Source: a virus. From it: DNA of 40,858 nt. This document shows positions 31,112 through 40,858 of the stretch, piece by piece. Each line of letters starts with the position of its first letter. Position 1 is the stretch's first letter. The notes under the pieces are model-generated. The model searched no databases. It saw nothing but the letters and a program-made list of their open reading frames with translations, and was not told the DNA's origin. The stretch lies in UHGV virus genome UHGV-0055581; one strand, 5' to 3'. Position numbers and translations under genes: made by a program.

Positions 31112-32494
31112 TTGGCTACATGGCAACAGGCTGGTAATTCAGGCGCGCTTCTTGCCGGGTTAGGCGGCATGAACTCCAACGCTCCAAGAGCAAGTGATGC
31201 AGACGCCACGCTTGCATACATTCGACAGAATAACGAGATGGAGCGTTCAGGACGTAATAACGTTGGCTTGCAGGCTTTGCAGGGCATTTCATCTGTCATG
31301 GATATGTATAAGCAGATGGATCAGCAGAAGCGACAGCAAGAGTTTCAGCAGGCTTATGCTGATGCATATACATCTGGTGACCGCGATGCAATGCGAAAAC
31401 TGGCATCACAGTATCCTGAGCAGTTTGACGCTGTAAGAAACGGCATGAAATTTGTCGATGAAGACCAGCGTTCCACTGTCGGCACACTGGCAGCAAGTGC
31501 CAGACTGGCAGCTTCATCTCCAGAAGCCATGATGTCATGGTTGCAGAACAACTCATCTGAGCTTACTCGTGCCGGAGTAGACCCTCTGGATGTGGCGAAA
31601 ATGTATCAGCAGAATCCTTCAGGATTTGGTGAGTTTGTTGATCACCTTGGGATGGCTGCTCTTGGTCCGATTGATTACTTCAATGTTCAGGACAAGATGG
31701 CTGTTCGTGAAATTGACCGAGGCAGGCTGGCAGAGACAATCCGCAGCAATCAGGCTGGTGAAGCACTTCAGGCGAGAGGGCAAAACCTTTCCTATCAGTC
31801 AGCAATGACTGGACACGGACTTGCAGCAGAAAGACTGGCACTTGATAAGCAGAAATTCGGTTTTGAAGTACAACAGGCACAAAAGAAGGCCGATGAACTT
31901 ATTAATGCTGCGCCAAAACTATCCGTGAACATGGAAAAGGCTATAGAAAAATCAGCAGGTGATGCGGCAGCTAGTCGTAATGCTGCCGATTCAATGACAA
32001 CGCTTGCTGACACGCTGGAGAAGGAGAAGCCAACTCCTGGTTTGTTCGGTAACGCTGAAAATATGTTCACTAAGCTTACGGGGCAAGATAACTACCTCCG
32101 AGATATGCGGATTAGATTCAACCAACTAGCCAATGCGCAGGCAACCAAGCTTCTCCCTCCCGGCCCTGCATCAGATAAGGATATTGAGTTTGCAAGGAAA
32201 GGCATTCCAAGCGAAACGGATAATCCAATGGTCATGGCTCGATGGTTAAGGGGTATGGCAAAAATGGAAAGTAATAACGCGAAGTTCAACGAGTTTAGGT
32301 CAGAGTGGATGAGTGCAAACGGCAGCCCAGGACAATCTGATCGCAACCGAAACATCATGGGGATGGATGTTAAGAAGGGTGAATCATTGAACTCTGCGGC
32401 AAAACGTTTTCTTTCCTCAAGTTATGGCGATAGCCAACCTCAACAGCAATTGTCCGATGACGAATTAATTAGCAAATATCTCGGAGGGCAGTAA
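31112..32494 (+). CDS. Ejection protein (P22 gp20-like)
   Basis: 460 aa; TTG start with GGAGG RBS 6 nt upstream; conserved order. Confidence 0.7.
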   Translation: MATWQQAGNSGALLAGLGGMNSNAPRASDADATLAYIRQNNEMERSGRNNVGLQALQGISSVMDMYKQMDQQKRQQEFQQAYADAYTSGDRDAMRKLASQYPEQFDAVRNGMKFVDEDQRSTVGTLAASARLAASSPEAMMSWLQNNSSELTRAGVDPLDVAKMYQQNPSGFGEFVDHLGMAALGPIDYFNVQDKMAVREIDRGRLAETIRSNQAGEALQARGQNLSYQSAMTGHGLAAERLALDKQKFGFEVQQAQKKADELINAAPKLSVNMEKAIEKSAGDAAASRNAADSMTTLADTLEKEKPTPGLFGNAENMFTKLTGQDNYLRDMRIRFNQLANAQATKLLPPGPASDKDIEFARKGIPSETDNPMVMARWLRGMAKMESNNAKFNEFRSEWMSANGSPGQSDRNRNIMGMDVKKGESLNSAAKRFLSSSYGDSQPQQQLSDDELISKYLGGQ

Positions 32495-34605
32495 TGGCCT
32501 ATAGTCGTGAACAGTTGATGACGGCGTTAAGGAATGCTGATGCTGCCGGCGATACTGAGGGAGCACGTCGCATTGCTCAGATGCTGTCTTCTGGTGATCA
32601 ATCCACTCAAAACCAATCGCAGCCAGAAGAACAATCTCTGGTAGGAAAAGCCACTGACTGGCTCACTGGTGGTCAAAGCGCAGGGCAAATTGCAGAACAG
32701 GCTGGCCGTGGTCTGGTAAACATACCATTTGACGTGTTACAGGGTGGTGCAAGCCTGATTAATGCAATCAGTCAGGGGCTTGGTGGTCCCAAGGTTTTGG
32801 ATGATGTCTATCGTCCAGTCGATCGACCGACAGACCCTTACGCGCAAGTCGGTGAAACAATTGGTGGGTATCTCCTGCCAATTGGCACAGCGGCAAAAGC
32901 TGCTGGAGCGCCAGCAAAGCTCGCTGGAGATATCGGTTCCGCAGGAAACATGATTGCAGGTTCTCTTGCTGATGCTGCAAATCAGGAGGGAGACTTTGCA
33001 CAAAATGCTGCCATTAACGGTGGTATCAATATTGGTGCTCAAGGCGTTCTTTCAGGTGTCGGGCGCGTTATTGCGCCAAGGGTTTCACAGGCTCTTGGTG
33101 GTGCAGCACTGAATTCTGCTAATGATGTTTCCAGGATGGCAAAGTCAGGTGCTGGGCGTCAGTCAATTGCCAGTCAGGCCGCTAATGTGTCCGAAGATGT
33201 AGCAAAAGCGGCTGAGTCTGCTGGAATTGATATAAACGCATTAACACCAGGAATGCGATCTGGAAGTCGTGGAATTGCACAAGCCGAAGGCGCATTGGCA
33301 TCAACACCAGGAATTGTTCAGGACGCCCATCAGGCAGCATTTGACGAAATATCATCAAAGTTAAGTCGAAACCTTGATGAATTTGGGGCCGCATCTGGAA
33401 CGGCATCAGAAAAAAGTGCGGCTATAAAACAAAGGATTCTTCAAAATCTTGATCAGATGAAGGATGCCGAGCGCGCGGCATGGGATGACGTGCGGTCAAC
33501 GATGCCAAATCAAAAAGCAAGAATGCTAAATGGTAATGCCGTTATTCAGGCAGAGCGATCTGCTGGCATACCGCTTACTCCTGAAATGAAACAGTTTGTT
33601 CAGGCAAACAATCAAGGTGGAGTAACATTTGATGGCATGAAAGCATGGAGAGCGAAATTTGCTGATGCGGAGCAAAAATATAAGCGTAGCGGAGAGGCAA
33701 ATGCGGCAAGGAGAGCAGGGGAAATACGCCGGGCAATTACTGATGATATGCGCACAATGGCGGAAAACGGCGGATTTCTTGATGACTGGCAAAAAGCTAA
33801 TGATCTGTCTAAAGCGAGGTTATCAGCACAAGAGAGTGCAGAGTCTGTTTTCGGGCGTGATTTGGCAACAGATGCACTGATTACGAATGGAGTAAAATCC
33901 CTTCAATCATCGTCAGCTAAAGGTCTTAATGGCCCTGCTGGATTCCATTCTATGATCCGCGCGCTGCCAGAATCAGAGCGTGTTCCTGCTATATCATCAA
34001 TGTTGCAGGATGCTATCTCGCATGGTGTACGTGGTGGTAAATCTGATGCAGCAGGAATTAACCATATCGCAGGGATACTTACCCCACAAAATGTAAAAGC
34101 CATTAGCAGATATTCCTCAGAACTTGGAAGAATTGCTGATGCATATGGCACTCTTGCAAGAGCAGCAGTGAAGCCTCAGCAGTATATTGAAAGAACAGGG
34201 AGAACTGCCAATGTGCTACGCGATCTGGATGCTGGTTTATCCAACGTCACATCAACAGTGTTAAATGCAATTGCCAACTCAACATCAGGTGCCATTGTTG
34301 GTGGAGCAGGAGGGGGCATTGCAGGCGCTGCCGCAGGTGCTTTAGTTGGCGCCGGGTTAAAAGGTGCTGTATCTAAAATTGCCACCACGCGTAGCGGTCG
34401 ATATGCGATAGAGAAAGCAGTTCAGGAAGCCACGAAAGCAGTAAGAGCTGGCGGAAGTAAAGAAGCATTAGCGGCGGCGGAACGCAGATTTATGGCAAAT
34501 AAAGCCGCCGTAAAAGCAATACGTGATGCAGTTGGAAACGAAGAGTTCAATCGCTTAGCGAGGGCTGGCATTGTAGCGTCGCTAAGCGGAATGGCACAGG
34601 AGTAA
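32494..34605 (+). CDS. Ejection protein (P22 gp16-like), longer than the P22 protein I recall
   Basis: 703 aa; TAATG overlap with upstream gene; Ala/Gly-rich; conserved order. Confidence 0.7.
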   Translation: MAYSREQLMTALRNADAAGDTEGARRIAQMLSSGDQSTQNQSQPEEQSLVGKATDWLTGGQSAGQIAEQAGRGLVNIPFDVLQGGASLINAISQGLGGPKVLDDVYRPVDRPTDPYAQVGETIGGYLLPIGTAAKAAGAPAKLAGDIGSAGNMIAGSLADAANQEGDFAQNAAINGGINIGAQGVLSGVGRVIAPRVSQALGGAALNSANDVSRMAKSGAGRQSIASQAANVSEDVAKAAESAGIDINALTPGMRSGSRGIAQAEGALASTPGIVQDAHQAAFDEISSKLSRNLDEFGAASGTASEKSAAIKQRILQNLDQMKDAERAAWDDVRSTMPNQKARMLNGNAVIQAERSAGIPLTPEMKQFVQANNQGGVTFDGMKAWRAKFADAEQKYKRSGEANAARRAGEIRRAITDDMRTMAENGGFLDDWQKANDLSKARLSAQESAESVFGRDLATDALITNGVKSLQSSSAKGLNGPAGFHSMIRALPESERVPAISSMLQDAISHGVRGGKSDAAGINHIAGILTPQNVKAISRYSSELGRIADAYGTLARAAVKPQQYIERTGRTANVLRDLDAGLSNVTSTVLNAIANSTSGAIVGGAGGGIAGAAAGALVGAGLKGAVSKIATTRSGRYAIEKAVQEATKAVRAGGSKEALAAAERRFMANKAAVKAIRDAVGNEEFNRLARAGIVASLSGMAQE

Positions 34606-34977
34606 TTAATCATCCATGGATGGATTGAGCTTATCTCGTGTTGATGTGGCGATTTGTCCTACATTCCTAAGCCAAGATTTCAAATCCTTGATATTGTCAT
34701 TGATTTCATGAATATCTTCTTTTTTTAATCTGTTAATATTATTCTCAATAATTTCAATGGATTGCTCAATATCAGATATAGTGAATGATAGTTTGTTCTT
34801 CTCATCTTTTATTGAGTTTTTAAGTGCTTCGTTCTCAGTCTTGAGGTCAGATATCTTTTGTTTTAAAGATGCCAGTTGGTACTGAACCACAATGAGTGCG
34901 ATAGCTATCACGATAACTGTTGTATACACACCAACCTCCTTAGTTTTGCGCAGGATACCAGATGAAATGGTCTTCAA
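34606..34977 (-). CDS. Membrane-anchored coiled-coil protein, candidate superinfection-exclusion factor (sieA position)
   Basis: 123 aa; N-terminal TM helix (VYTTVIVIAIALIVV) then heptad coiled coil; strongly AT-rich; TTG start overlapping the stop of the upstream Mnt-like gene; no good SD. Confidence 0.5.
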   Translation of the reverse strand: MKTISSGILRKTKEVGVYTTVIVIAIALIVVQYQLASLKQKISDLKTENEALKNSIKDEKNKLSFTISDIEQSIEIIENNINRLKKEDIHEINDNIKDLKSWLRNVGQIATSTRDKLNPSMDD

Positions 34978-35357
34978 AACTGGATGTCTTCAGCATCATC
35001 GCCAAAAACATTTTTATATGCATCTTGCCTTAAGCTCCTGAGAGCTTGATACATTTGCGAATGAGAACTGATGCTATCTAGTAAGTAGAAAATTGCTTTG
35101 ACTAGCTCATTCTCCCACCGCTCAAACTCTTCTTTGTTTGATGGCCTGTTCCCGGAGAGGTTTGAGTAAATCTTCATAATCCTGGAGTTATCAACCTCAG
35201 CAGGCACCGGAGACTTCAATGCATCATCAATGATAAACACTAGTTCTGTATTCATTGATCTGCCGTTTTCCTTTGCTCTTAAGGCTATAGCATCCCGCAT
35301 TCCTGCCGGAAGCCTGATATTGAACCTATCCATTTCATGACTAGGGAACTTGCTCAT
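34974..35357 (-). CDS. Mnt-like ribbon-helix-helix repressor with extended C-terminal domain
   Basis: 127 aa; FNIRLPAGMRDAIALRAKENGRSMNTELVFIIDDALKSPVP resembles P22 Mnt FNFRMPMEVREKLKFRAEANGRSMNSELLQIVQDALSKPSPV (recollection); divergent from arc. Confidence 0.65.
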   Translation of the reverse strand: MSKFPSHEMDRFNIRLPAGMRDAIALRAKENGRSMNTELVFIIDDALKSPVPAEVDNSRIMKIYSNLSGNRPSNKEEFERWENELVKAIFYLLDSISSHSQMYQALRSLRQDAYKNVFGDDAEDIQF

Positions 35358-35413
35358 ATGACCTCAACGTAAAGATGTTCGCTAAACAATAGCACCAACT
35401 TGACATCAAAATA

Positions 35414-35453
35414 AATGATACCAACTTGGTTCTAGAACCAAGTTGGTATCATT
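35414..35453. promoter_or_regulatory. 40-bp perfect palindrome (putative operator) between the divergent mnt-like and arc genes
   Basis: AATGATACCAACTTGGTTCTAGAACCAAGTTGGTATCATT; a third half-site-like copy ACCAACTTG at 35393..35401 overlapping a TTGACA hexamer. Confidence 0.7.
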
Positions 35454-35469
35454 GTGGAGGGGATTACTT

Positions 35470-35643
35470 ATGAAAGATGTGCTTTACACAGGTCGTAAAA
35501 GTCAAAGTTTCCAGCTTCGTTTGCCAGCGCGAATGAAGGAGGAGATTAGACGTGTTGCTGAAATGGATGGAATTTCTATCAACTCTGCGATTGTGCAGCG
35601 ACTGGCTAAAAGCCTGAGAGAGGAAAGAGCTAATGCCCAGTAA
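35470..35643 (+). CDS. arc: Arc-like ribbon-helix-helix repressor
   Basis: 57 aa; FQLRLPARMKEEIRRVAEMDGISINSAIVQRL resembles P22 Arc FNLRWPREVLDLVRKVAEENGRSVNSEIYQRV (recollection); GGAGG RBS. Confidence 0.7.
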   Translation: MKDVLYTGRKSQSFQLRLPARMKEEIRRVAEMDGISINSAIVQRLAKSLREERANAQ

Positions 35644-36343
35644 AAATAGTGAAGCCCAGCAGTGCGCGAACACAAACTGGGCCTCTATGTCAGTAACCGT
35701 ATGCAAGGAAACTAACGTGAATATTGTAGCAAAATCAGATTACAACTTCCACGGAGTTGAGTTGGTGCCCACCCGTGATATGCATGGTGTTTGGTTTACA
35801 TCATCTAATATTGCATCTGCACTTAAATACGCAAATAGTCGTGCAGTAACAATGATTTATAACAAGTATAGCGATGAGTTTAGCGCCGGAATGACTCAGG
35901 TACTCGAAGTGAGTACCTCAGGAAATTATCGCAAAAAAGTGCGAGTTTTCTCACTACGCGGTGCCCACCTAATCGCGATGTTTGCTCGCACTCCGGTAGC
36001 CAAAGAGTTCCGCCGCTGGGTGCTGGATATTTTGGATCGGCAGGCAGAATGCTCACCGATTGCAAAACAGTTTACTGACGAAGAGCTGGTTAATCTCTGC
36101 TACTTACAATTGTGGATGGAGAAGAGTCAACAAATGTGCAAACACATCTACCCAGGAATGAAGCAAATTTGTTCTGAGCTTTCAGGAAGGATTTACGATA
36201 TCGCATATGAGACTCGCTATATGTCAGAAGAAACCAAGAAATCACTTCTTCGTGAAGTGAAGAATCTTGATACCAACAATTTTGTCGTAAAGAACGCTCA
36301 GCCAATGCTGGCAAAACTGCGCGGCGAGGAATGGATTCATTGA
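35633..36343 (+). CDS. ant: Antirepressor with Bro-N-type N-terminal domain
   Basis: 236 aa; N-terminal FHGVELVPTRDMHGVWFTSSNIASALKY...VFSLRGAHLIAMFARTPVAKEFRRWVLDIL resembles the Bro-N domain (recollection); overlaps the arc 3' end as in the P22 arc-ant operon. Confidence 0.65.
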   Translation: MPSKNSEAQQCANTNWASMSVTVCKETNVNIVAKSDYNFHGVELVPTRDMHGVWFTSSNIASALKYANSRAVTMIYNKYSDEFSAGMTQVLEVSTSGNYRKKVRVFSLRGAHLIAMFARTPVAKEFRRWVLDILDRQAECSPIAKQFTDEELVNLCYLQLWMEKSQQMCKHIYPGMKQICSELSGRIYDIAYETRYMSEETKKSLLREVKNLDTNNFVVKNAQPMLAKLRGEEWIH

Positions 36344-36431
36344 TTGGTGCGCCGGACGGCGCAAAAAGAAAACCGCCAGTGTGCTGCTGGCGGCCTATGT
36401 CACACCCTTACTACCACATAAGGAATGCCTA

Positions 36432-37160
36432 ATGACTTTTAAGAATGTAGCAAACATCGGATCCGTTGTCACGGATAAAACCATTGACAGCCAGCGCCTG
36501 CTTGAGATGGTCAATCATGCTCGTAGACAGTGCGGGGAAAAAGAAGTCCGCAATAACGACTTTATTGCACGCATTAAGGATGAACTTGAAGGTGAGCACT
36601 ACGAAATTTTCGTAGTTCAAAAATCAAACAAGACAAGTTCTGAAAAAGTTGTTATGTCAATTAAGCAAGCCCTTCGAGTGGCTGCTCGTGAATCTAAAGC
36701 TGTTCGCCGCTCACTGGTAGACCAACTTGAAAGTATGCAAGAAGCGCACATTAAAAGCGGTAAATCAGCGAGTGGACTTGTTGAGTATCGTCAAGCGCGA
36801 ACATTGAAAATGACGGTTGAAGCTGTTACCAATCTGTTCGATCTGATGCCAAATCTTGCGCCTGAGGCAAAGCAGACAGCGGCAGCAAGTATAATCAACC
36901 CGCTCGTTGGTTTTAATGCAATACCTCTTCCGGCAATAGAAGAGCATTACTACTCAGCAGGGGAGGTTGCAGAGCAGCTTGGAGTAACGGCCAACAAGAT
37001 TGGTCGCATTGCTAACGCAAACAACCTCAAAACTGAGCAGTACGGGAAGTTCTTCCTGGATAAATCGGCGCATTCCAGCAAACAGGTAGAGGCGTTTCGT
37101 TACAATTCTGAAGGCGTTAAAGCACTACAACACCTGCTACATGGCTCAAATGTGGCGTAA
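36432..37160 (+). CDS. Hypothetical protein (242 aa) downstream of ant
   Basis: ATG with AAGGAA RBS; no confident family; upstream in-frame extension to 36381 is possible. Confidence 0.5.
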   Translation: MTFKNVANIGSVVTDKTIDSQRLLEMVNHARRQCGEKEVRNNDFIARIKDELEGEHYEIFVVQKSNKTSSEKVVMSIKQALRVAARESKAVRRSLVDQLESMQEAHIKSGKSASGLVEYRQARTLKMTVEAVTNLFDLMPNLAPEAKQTAAASIINPLVGFNAIPLPAIEEHYYSAGEVAEQLGVTANKIGRIANANNLKTEQYGKFFLDKSAHSSKQVEAFRYNSEGVKALQHLLHGSNVA

Positions 37161-37175
37161 CATTTTATAATGAAA

Positions 37176-37206
37176 ACTAAACCCGCTTAATCGCGGGTTT
37201 TTTCTT
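37176..37206 (+). terminator. Rho-independent terminator (possibly bidirectional)
   Basis: AACCCGC-TTAATC-GCGGGTT hairpin followed by TTTTTCTTT. Confidence 0.7.
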
Positions 37207-37444
37207 TCCTTAGAATTTCAGCCGCAACTTCTTTTACTCGTTCCGAGATTAATGAGGCCAGCCTCTCTTCTTCATCACGATACCCGCTTACAGGTGATGG
37301 TTTGGAGAGTGATTCTTCCATCGTAGCCACAATTTCGGAATTGATAGACCTGTTATTCATTTTTGCACGCTGCTTAATCTTAGCGTGCAACTCGTGTGTA
37401 AGCCTCAAGTGGAACTGCGCCTCATCGTATTTGCTGTACATCAT
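37187..37444 (-). CDS. mnt: Mnt-family repressor (second copy, P22 Mnt-like length)
   Basis: 85 aa; FHLRLTHELHAKIKQRAKMNNRSINSEIVATMEESLSKPSPVSGYRDEEERLA resembles P22 Mnt by recollection; start at the internal Met of the longer ORF. Confidence 0.7.
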   Translation of the reverse strand: MMYSKYDEAQFHLRLTHELHAKIKQRAKMNNRSINSEIVATMEESLSKPSPVSGYRDEEERLASLISERVKEVAAEILRKEKTRD

Positions 37445-37576
37445 CAATGCCTCACCAAATGGGTGGAATGGCATCGTAAAACCTACTGTACAAATCAACA
37501 ATCGTACCGTTTCGGTATGTAACAAATGCCAACCGTAGCCATGCTGCGGCGATTCCTTGTATCTGGAGCAAATTAA

Positions 37577-40282
37577 ATGACAGACATTACAGCCAATGTT
37601 GTAGTGAGCATGCCTTCGCAACTCTTCACTATGGCGCGTTCTTTTAAAGCCGTAGCTAATGGCAAAATTTATATCGGTAAAATTGACACTGACCCGGTAA
37701 ATCCTGATAACCAGATTCAGGTCTATGTTGGGAACGAAGATGGTTCTCACGTTCCTGTTGCACAGCCAATCGTCATCAATGCCGCTGGGTATCCAGTATA
37801 TAACGGACAGATTGCCAAATTCGTAACCGTGCAAGGCCATTCTATGGCTGTTTACGATGCTTATGGCACTCAGCAGTTTTATTTCCCAAATGTATTAAAA
37901 TACGATCCAGATCAGTTTGGCCCAGACTTCAAAGAGCAGTTATCTCAATCAGGAGCATACATTAATGATGATTCAAAAGGTGATGCATTAATTGGGGTAA
38001 GGCAGCCATTTACCGGGGCTGTAACTATAACTCAGCATGAAAACAATGCTCTTTTCTTAAATGTAAAACAATTCGGAGCAATTGGGGATGGGAAATATCA
38101 TCCATTATCTGAGAGGTTTTCTTCAATTTCTGAAGCAAAATCCTTATATCCTTTTGTTGACTCATTATCTCAGTCAATAGACTGGGCCGCGTGGCAAGCT
38201 GCCCTTAACACAGGAAAGGTTATTTATGGTACTGATAATGCGTATGTAATAACGGATACGTTAACACCTGTTTCTGGTGGTGGGATAATTGGTCTTGGTG
38301 TGGGCAAATGGGTCTCCGGATATACTGCAACATTTGCTCCTGATATTACCACAGGGACCACATTCCTGATGTACGGGGTAGGAAATAAAAAATATACTGT
38401 AGATTGTGTTTCTAATATGGATGTTAGTGGTGGTGTGGTTTCTAATCCATCTTCCGAAGACCCGTATACAACAACAGCACCTGCGTCATCATATGATTTA
38501 TTGGATTTTACTAACGGTGATGCTAATGGGACTACAAGAGCCACGCTTAAACCATTCTCTGCCGCAATATTGATGCCTGAGACAGGATGTGTTCGCCTTG
38601 AGAACTTTCGTGTTGTTCCATATTTCAATGGGCTGGATGGTTATAAAGACATTGCAAATACCGGTCTTGGCGATGAGTGGGATGTAGGTATTTGGTCACG
38701 TGCGTCTTTTGGCAATGAATACCGCAATTTGCAGGTGGTTGGATACTGGCGCAAGACGGCACTTTTAAAAACGAACATTCCTGTATCTGGCACGCTGGCT
38801 GCTCAGGGCGAGGATGAAAACTATTATCACTGTAGATTCCAGGGATTCAAGGGTGTTTCGATCCGCGCCAATGATGTATTCCGAATTACAGCGGTAACGT
38901 CCAGCACTATCGAAATCCCATGGTCAGCAAGCCACACCTTCGAAACGTCCGGAGTTTTAAGATCTGGAGGCAGGAATTTCACTTATTCAGGATTATCCGT
39001 ATCCGGTGATAAGTTAGTATTTACTGGAGTGTCTAACGCTTCTGAGGCAACAGTAGGTTCTACTATACGGCGAAATGACATAGATAACTTTGGTATGGCG
39101 GGAACGCAATTTTTCGATTGCTACATTACCAGCCTGTATCACCACACACATCTGCTTGCCACATCGCAATACCTGTCTCAACCATTCAGCCGACCATCAG
39201 AGTGTATGGAGGTTTCAGGGGAACCAGTTCGCGGTGTACAGGTACATGCAGGAACCATTCAGGGATGGGATGATGTTCTTATTCATCTGCATGACTGTGG
39301 AAATATGAACTTTTACAGTACATATTTCGAAAGCCAGCAAGCATATGTAACTATAAATGGTGGTAATGCTATTGGTTATGGAGCACGTATGATAGCTTCC
39401 CGGCAATCAACAAGCTCATTACCATATGCAGCAGGGAATACACGAGTGCTTAGAATGGTCGGGTGCTCTGAAGGCAATGGCGTTGACTGGGGTCCTGTAT
39501 TTAACAACTATACAGGAGGAAGATATAATTCTGGAGACGGTGTATTTAACCCCCGCGATGCATTTATAGACCATAAATCTCTTCCTGAGCAGTCAGGAGG
39601 TGAGTCAAGACTCGTATCACAAAAAGGAAATGCCAGAGTAGTATGTGGTGTTGGTAAAACTGTACTGCTTGGACCAACGTCAGGAGATTGTAATTTACAG
39701 AGTAATACCGGAAGTTTAAATATTAGAAGTGGGATAAGAGTAAGAGTCGGTCACGCTGATGGAACAGACTGGTGGTTGGCAGATGCTAATAAAATAGCTC
39801 CTGTTGATGATAATGTTAAAGCTATTGGACAGCCATCAAACAGATGCTCTGTTATCTATGCAGGAACCGGGTCAATCAATACATCAGATGAAACTCTTAA
39901 AACAAGATATGATATTCTTAATGCAGAGCGTGATGCCGCTATTGAAATAAAGTCAGTCATCTATAAATTTAAATTTAATGACTCAATTAATCACAAAGGA
40001 ATTGAGTCGTCCAGGTATCATTTTGGCGTTGGCGCTCAAACCGTAGGGGATATTCTTAGAAAGCATGGTTTAAATCTTGAGCAATATGCTTTTTGGTGTT
40101 ACGATGAATGGCCTGACGTATGGGATGAAGAGGTGATAACTGAAGAGAGCACAGATCCTGATACAGGTGAGAAAATTTATTCTCAATATAAAACAGGAGA
40201 TATGATTCTTGTAAAAAAAGCAGGAGGACGCTACGGAATTCGTTATGACGAATTGGCTATGTTTATATTAATGGCAATGTAG
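37577..40282 (+). CDS. Tailspike: P22-type head-binding N-terminal domain, divergent receptor-binding domain, C-terminal chaperone-like region
   Basis: N-terminal ~110 aa ([34 protein letters not shown]...VLKYDPDQ) match the P22 tailspike by recollection; remainder AT-rich and unrelated; C-terminus has an SDETLK motif like the cleavage-site motif of endosialidase-type chaperone domains. Confidence 0.9.
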   Translation: MTDITANVVVSMPSQLFTMARSFKAVANGKIYIGKIDTDPVNPDNQIQVYVGNEDGSHVPVAQPIVINAAGYPVYNGQIAKFVTVQGHSMAVYDAYGTQQFYFPNVLKYDPDQFGPDFKEQLSQSGAYINDDSKGDALIGVRQPFTGAVTITQHENNALFLNVKQFGAIGDGKYHPLSERFSSISEAKSLYPFVDSLSQSIDWAAWQAALNTGKVIYGTDNAYVITDTLTPVSGGGIIGLGVGKWVSGYTATFAPDITTGTTFLMYGVGNKKYTVDCVSNMDVSGGVVSNPSSEDPYTTTAPASSYDLLDFTNGDANGTTRATLKPFSAAILMPETGCVRLENFRVVPYFNGLDGYKDIANTGLGDEWDVGIWSRASFGNEYRNLQVVGYWRKTALLKTNIPVSGTLAAQGEDENYYHCRFQGFKGVSIRANDVFRITAVTSSTIEIPWSASHTFETSGVLRSGGRNFTYSGLSVSGDKLVFTGVSNASEATVGSTIRRNDIDNFGMAGTQFFDCYITSLYHHTHLLATSQYLSQPFSRPSECMEVSGEPVRGVQVHAGTIQGWDDVLIHLHDCGNMNFYSTYFESQQAYVTINGGNAIGYGARMIASRQSTSSLPYAAGNTRVLRMVGCSEGNGVDWGPVFNNYTGGRYNSGDGVFNPRDAFIDHKSLPEQSGGESRLVSQKGNARVVCGVGKTVLLGPTSGDCNLQSNTGSLNIRSGIRVRVGHADGTDWWLADANKIAPVDDNVKAIGQPSNRCSVIYAGTGSINTSDETLKTRYDILNAERDAAIEIKSVIYKFKFNDSINHKGIESSRYHFGVGAQTVGDILRKHGLNLEQYAFWCYDEWPDVWDEEVITEESTDPDTGEKIYSQYKTGDMILVKKAGGRYGIRYDELAMFILMAM

Positions 40283-40300
40283 TTGCAATAAATGCAGTAT

Positions 40301-40330
40301 ATCCCGCATAAAAATGCGGGATTGTTTTTA
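40301..40330 (+). terminator. Rho-independent terminator after the tailspike gene
   Basis: ATCCCGCA-loop-TGCGGGAT hairpin followed by TGTTTTTAT. Confidence 0.75.
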
Positions 40331-40628
40331 TCTGGTGTATTTATGAATTTTAAGTAAATTTTAGTATTGATTACTGCATCGCAGTTAAAGCCTCATTACC
40401 TATGAGGCAAAACTGAGACACACAAGGCTTTGCACTGGATTGCAAGGCTTTGTGCTATCTGAGATATAGCAATGTTGGTTGCTCCACCTTTTCATCAAGC
40501 CAGTCCGCCCACCACTGCATCATTTCTCTGCGCTTATCGAGATACTGAGCATGGTTGTAAATTCAACTAACCCAGTGAGTTGACAAAAAATTAGCGCAAG
40601 AAGAAAAAAAATCACCTTGCGCTAATGC

Positions 40629-40790
40629 TCTGTTACAGGTCACTAATACCATCTAAGTGGTTGATTCATAGTGACTGGATATGTTGTGTTTTGTCGCGTT
40701 TTGCAGTCTATTATTTAATTATTAAGTAATCTAATGCTATGATTTTTAAATTATTTATTTGATTTTGTCATCCTTTAGGTGAAAAAGGTT
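40629..40790. other. attR: attR: P-arm Int arm-type sites (CAGGTCACTAAT 40636..40647; inverted TTCATAGTGACTG 40666..40678) and core repeat (40773..40783)
   Basis: CTGTTACAGGTCACTAATACCATCTAAGT and GATTCATAGTGACTGGATATGTTGTGTTTT match the lambda attP P-arm as recalled; the core repeat is identical to that at 45..55. Confidence 0.7.
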
Positions 40791-40858
40791 GAGTCGCAAA
40801 GCAGAATGCATCTAGCATAAAGCCTTATTATTGATGAGGCTATCATGCGCGTACTGCT

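Noticed and set aside
38224-38628. 134-aa minus-strand ORF
   Set aside because: Antisense inside the tailspike gene, with no signals.
40331-40628. Possible gene or small RNA in the ~300 bp between the tailspike terminator and the attR arm sites (direct repeat CAAGGCTTTG x2, 10-bp stem hairpin TTAGCGCAAG...CTTGCGCTAA)
   Set aside because: No ORF of meaningful length and no promoter/terminator pair I can support; left as unassigned attR-proximal DNA, possibly accessory-protein binding sites.

Overview
The window is essentially one complete integrated lambdoid prophage (about 40.7 kb) with short host flanks, bounded by an 11-bp direct repeat (CTTTAGGTGAA) at 45..55 and 40773..40783. It is a mosaic: a lambda-type int/xis module with lambda-like arm sites but a non-lambda core; a leftward early operon (N, cIII-like, RecT plus Gp157, Ea22-like, DUF551, several small ORFs); a phage-434-type immunity region (cI, cro, ACAA-N6-TTGT operators); cII, an O-like initiator with internal iterons and a DnaB-family helicase; a nin region (NinB/E/F/X/H, RusA, a Rha/KilAC protein); lambda Q, PR'/tR' and lambda S-R-Rz/Rz1 lysis genes; then a P22-like virion module (TerS, TerL, portal, scaffold, coat, gp4, gp10, gp26, gp14, gp7, gp20, gp16), an immI-like region (Mnt-like, Arc, Bro-N antirepressor, second Mnt) and a tailspike with the P22 head-binding N-terminus and a C-terminal self-cleaving chaperone-like motif. 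The best candidates for undescribed biology are (i) a signal-peptide protein in the rex position whose ATG overlaps the cI stop, (ii) an AT-rich membrane/coiled-coil protein coupled to an extended Mnt-like repressor in the sieA position, and (iii) a doubled Mnt arrangement around arc-ant. Other points of interest are an HNH homing endonuclease between gp10 and gp26, an 11-nt poly-C tract in the cI leader and a 40-bp perfect palindrome between mnt-like and arc. All assignments rest on my reading and recollection of family sequences; no database search was run.
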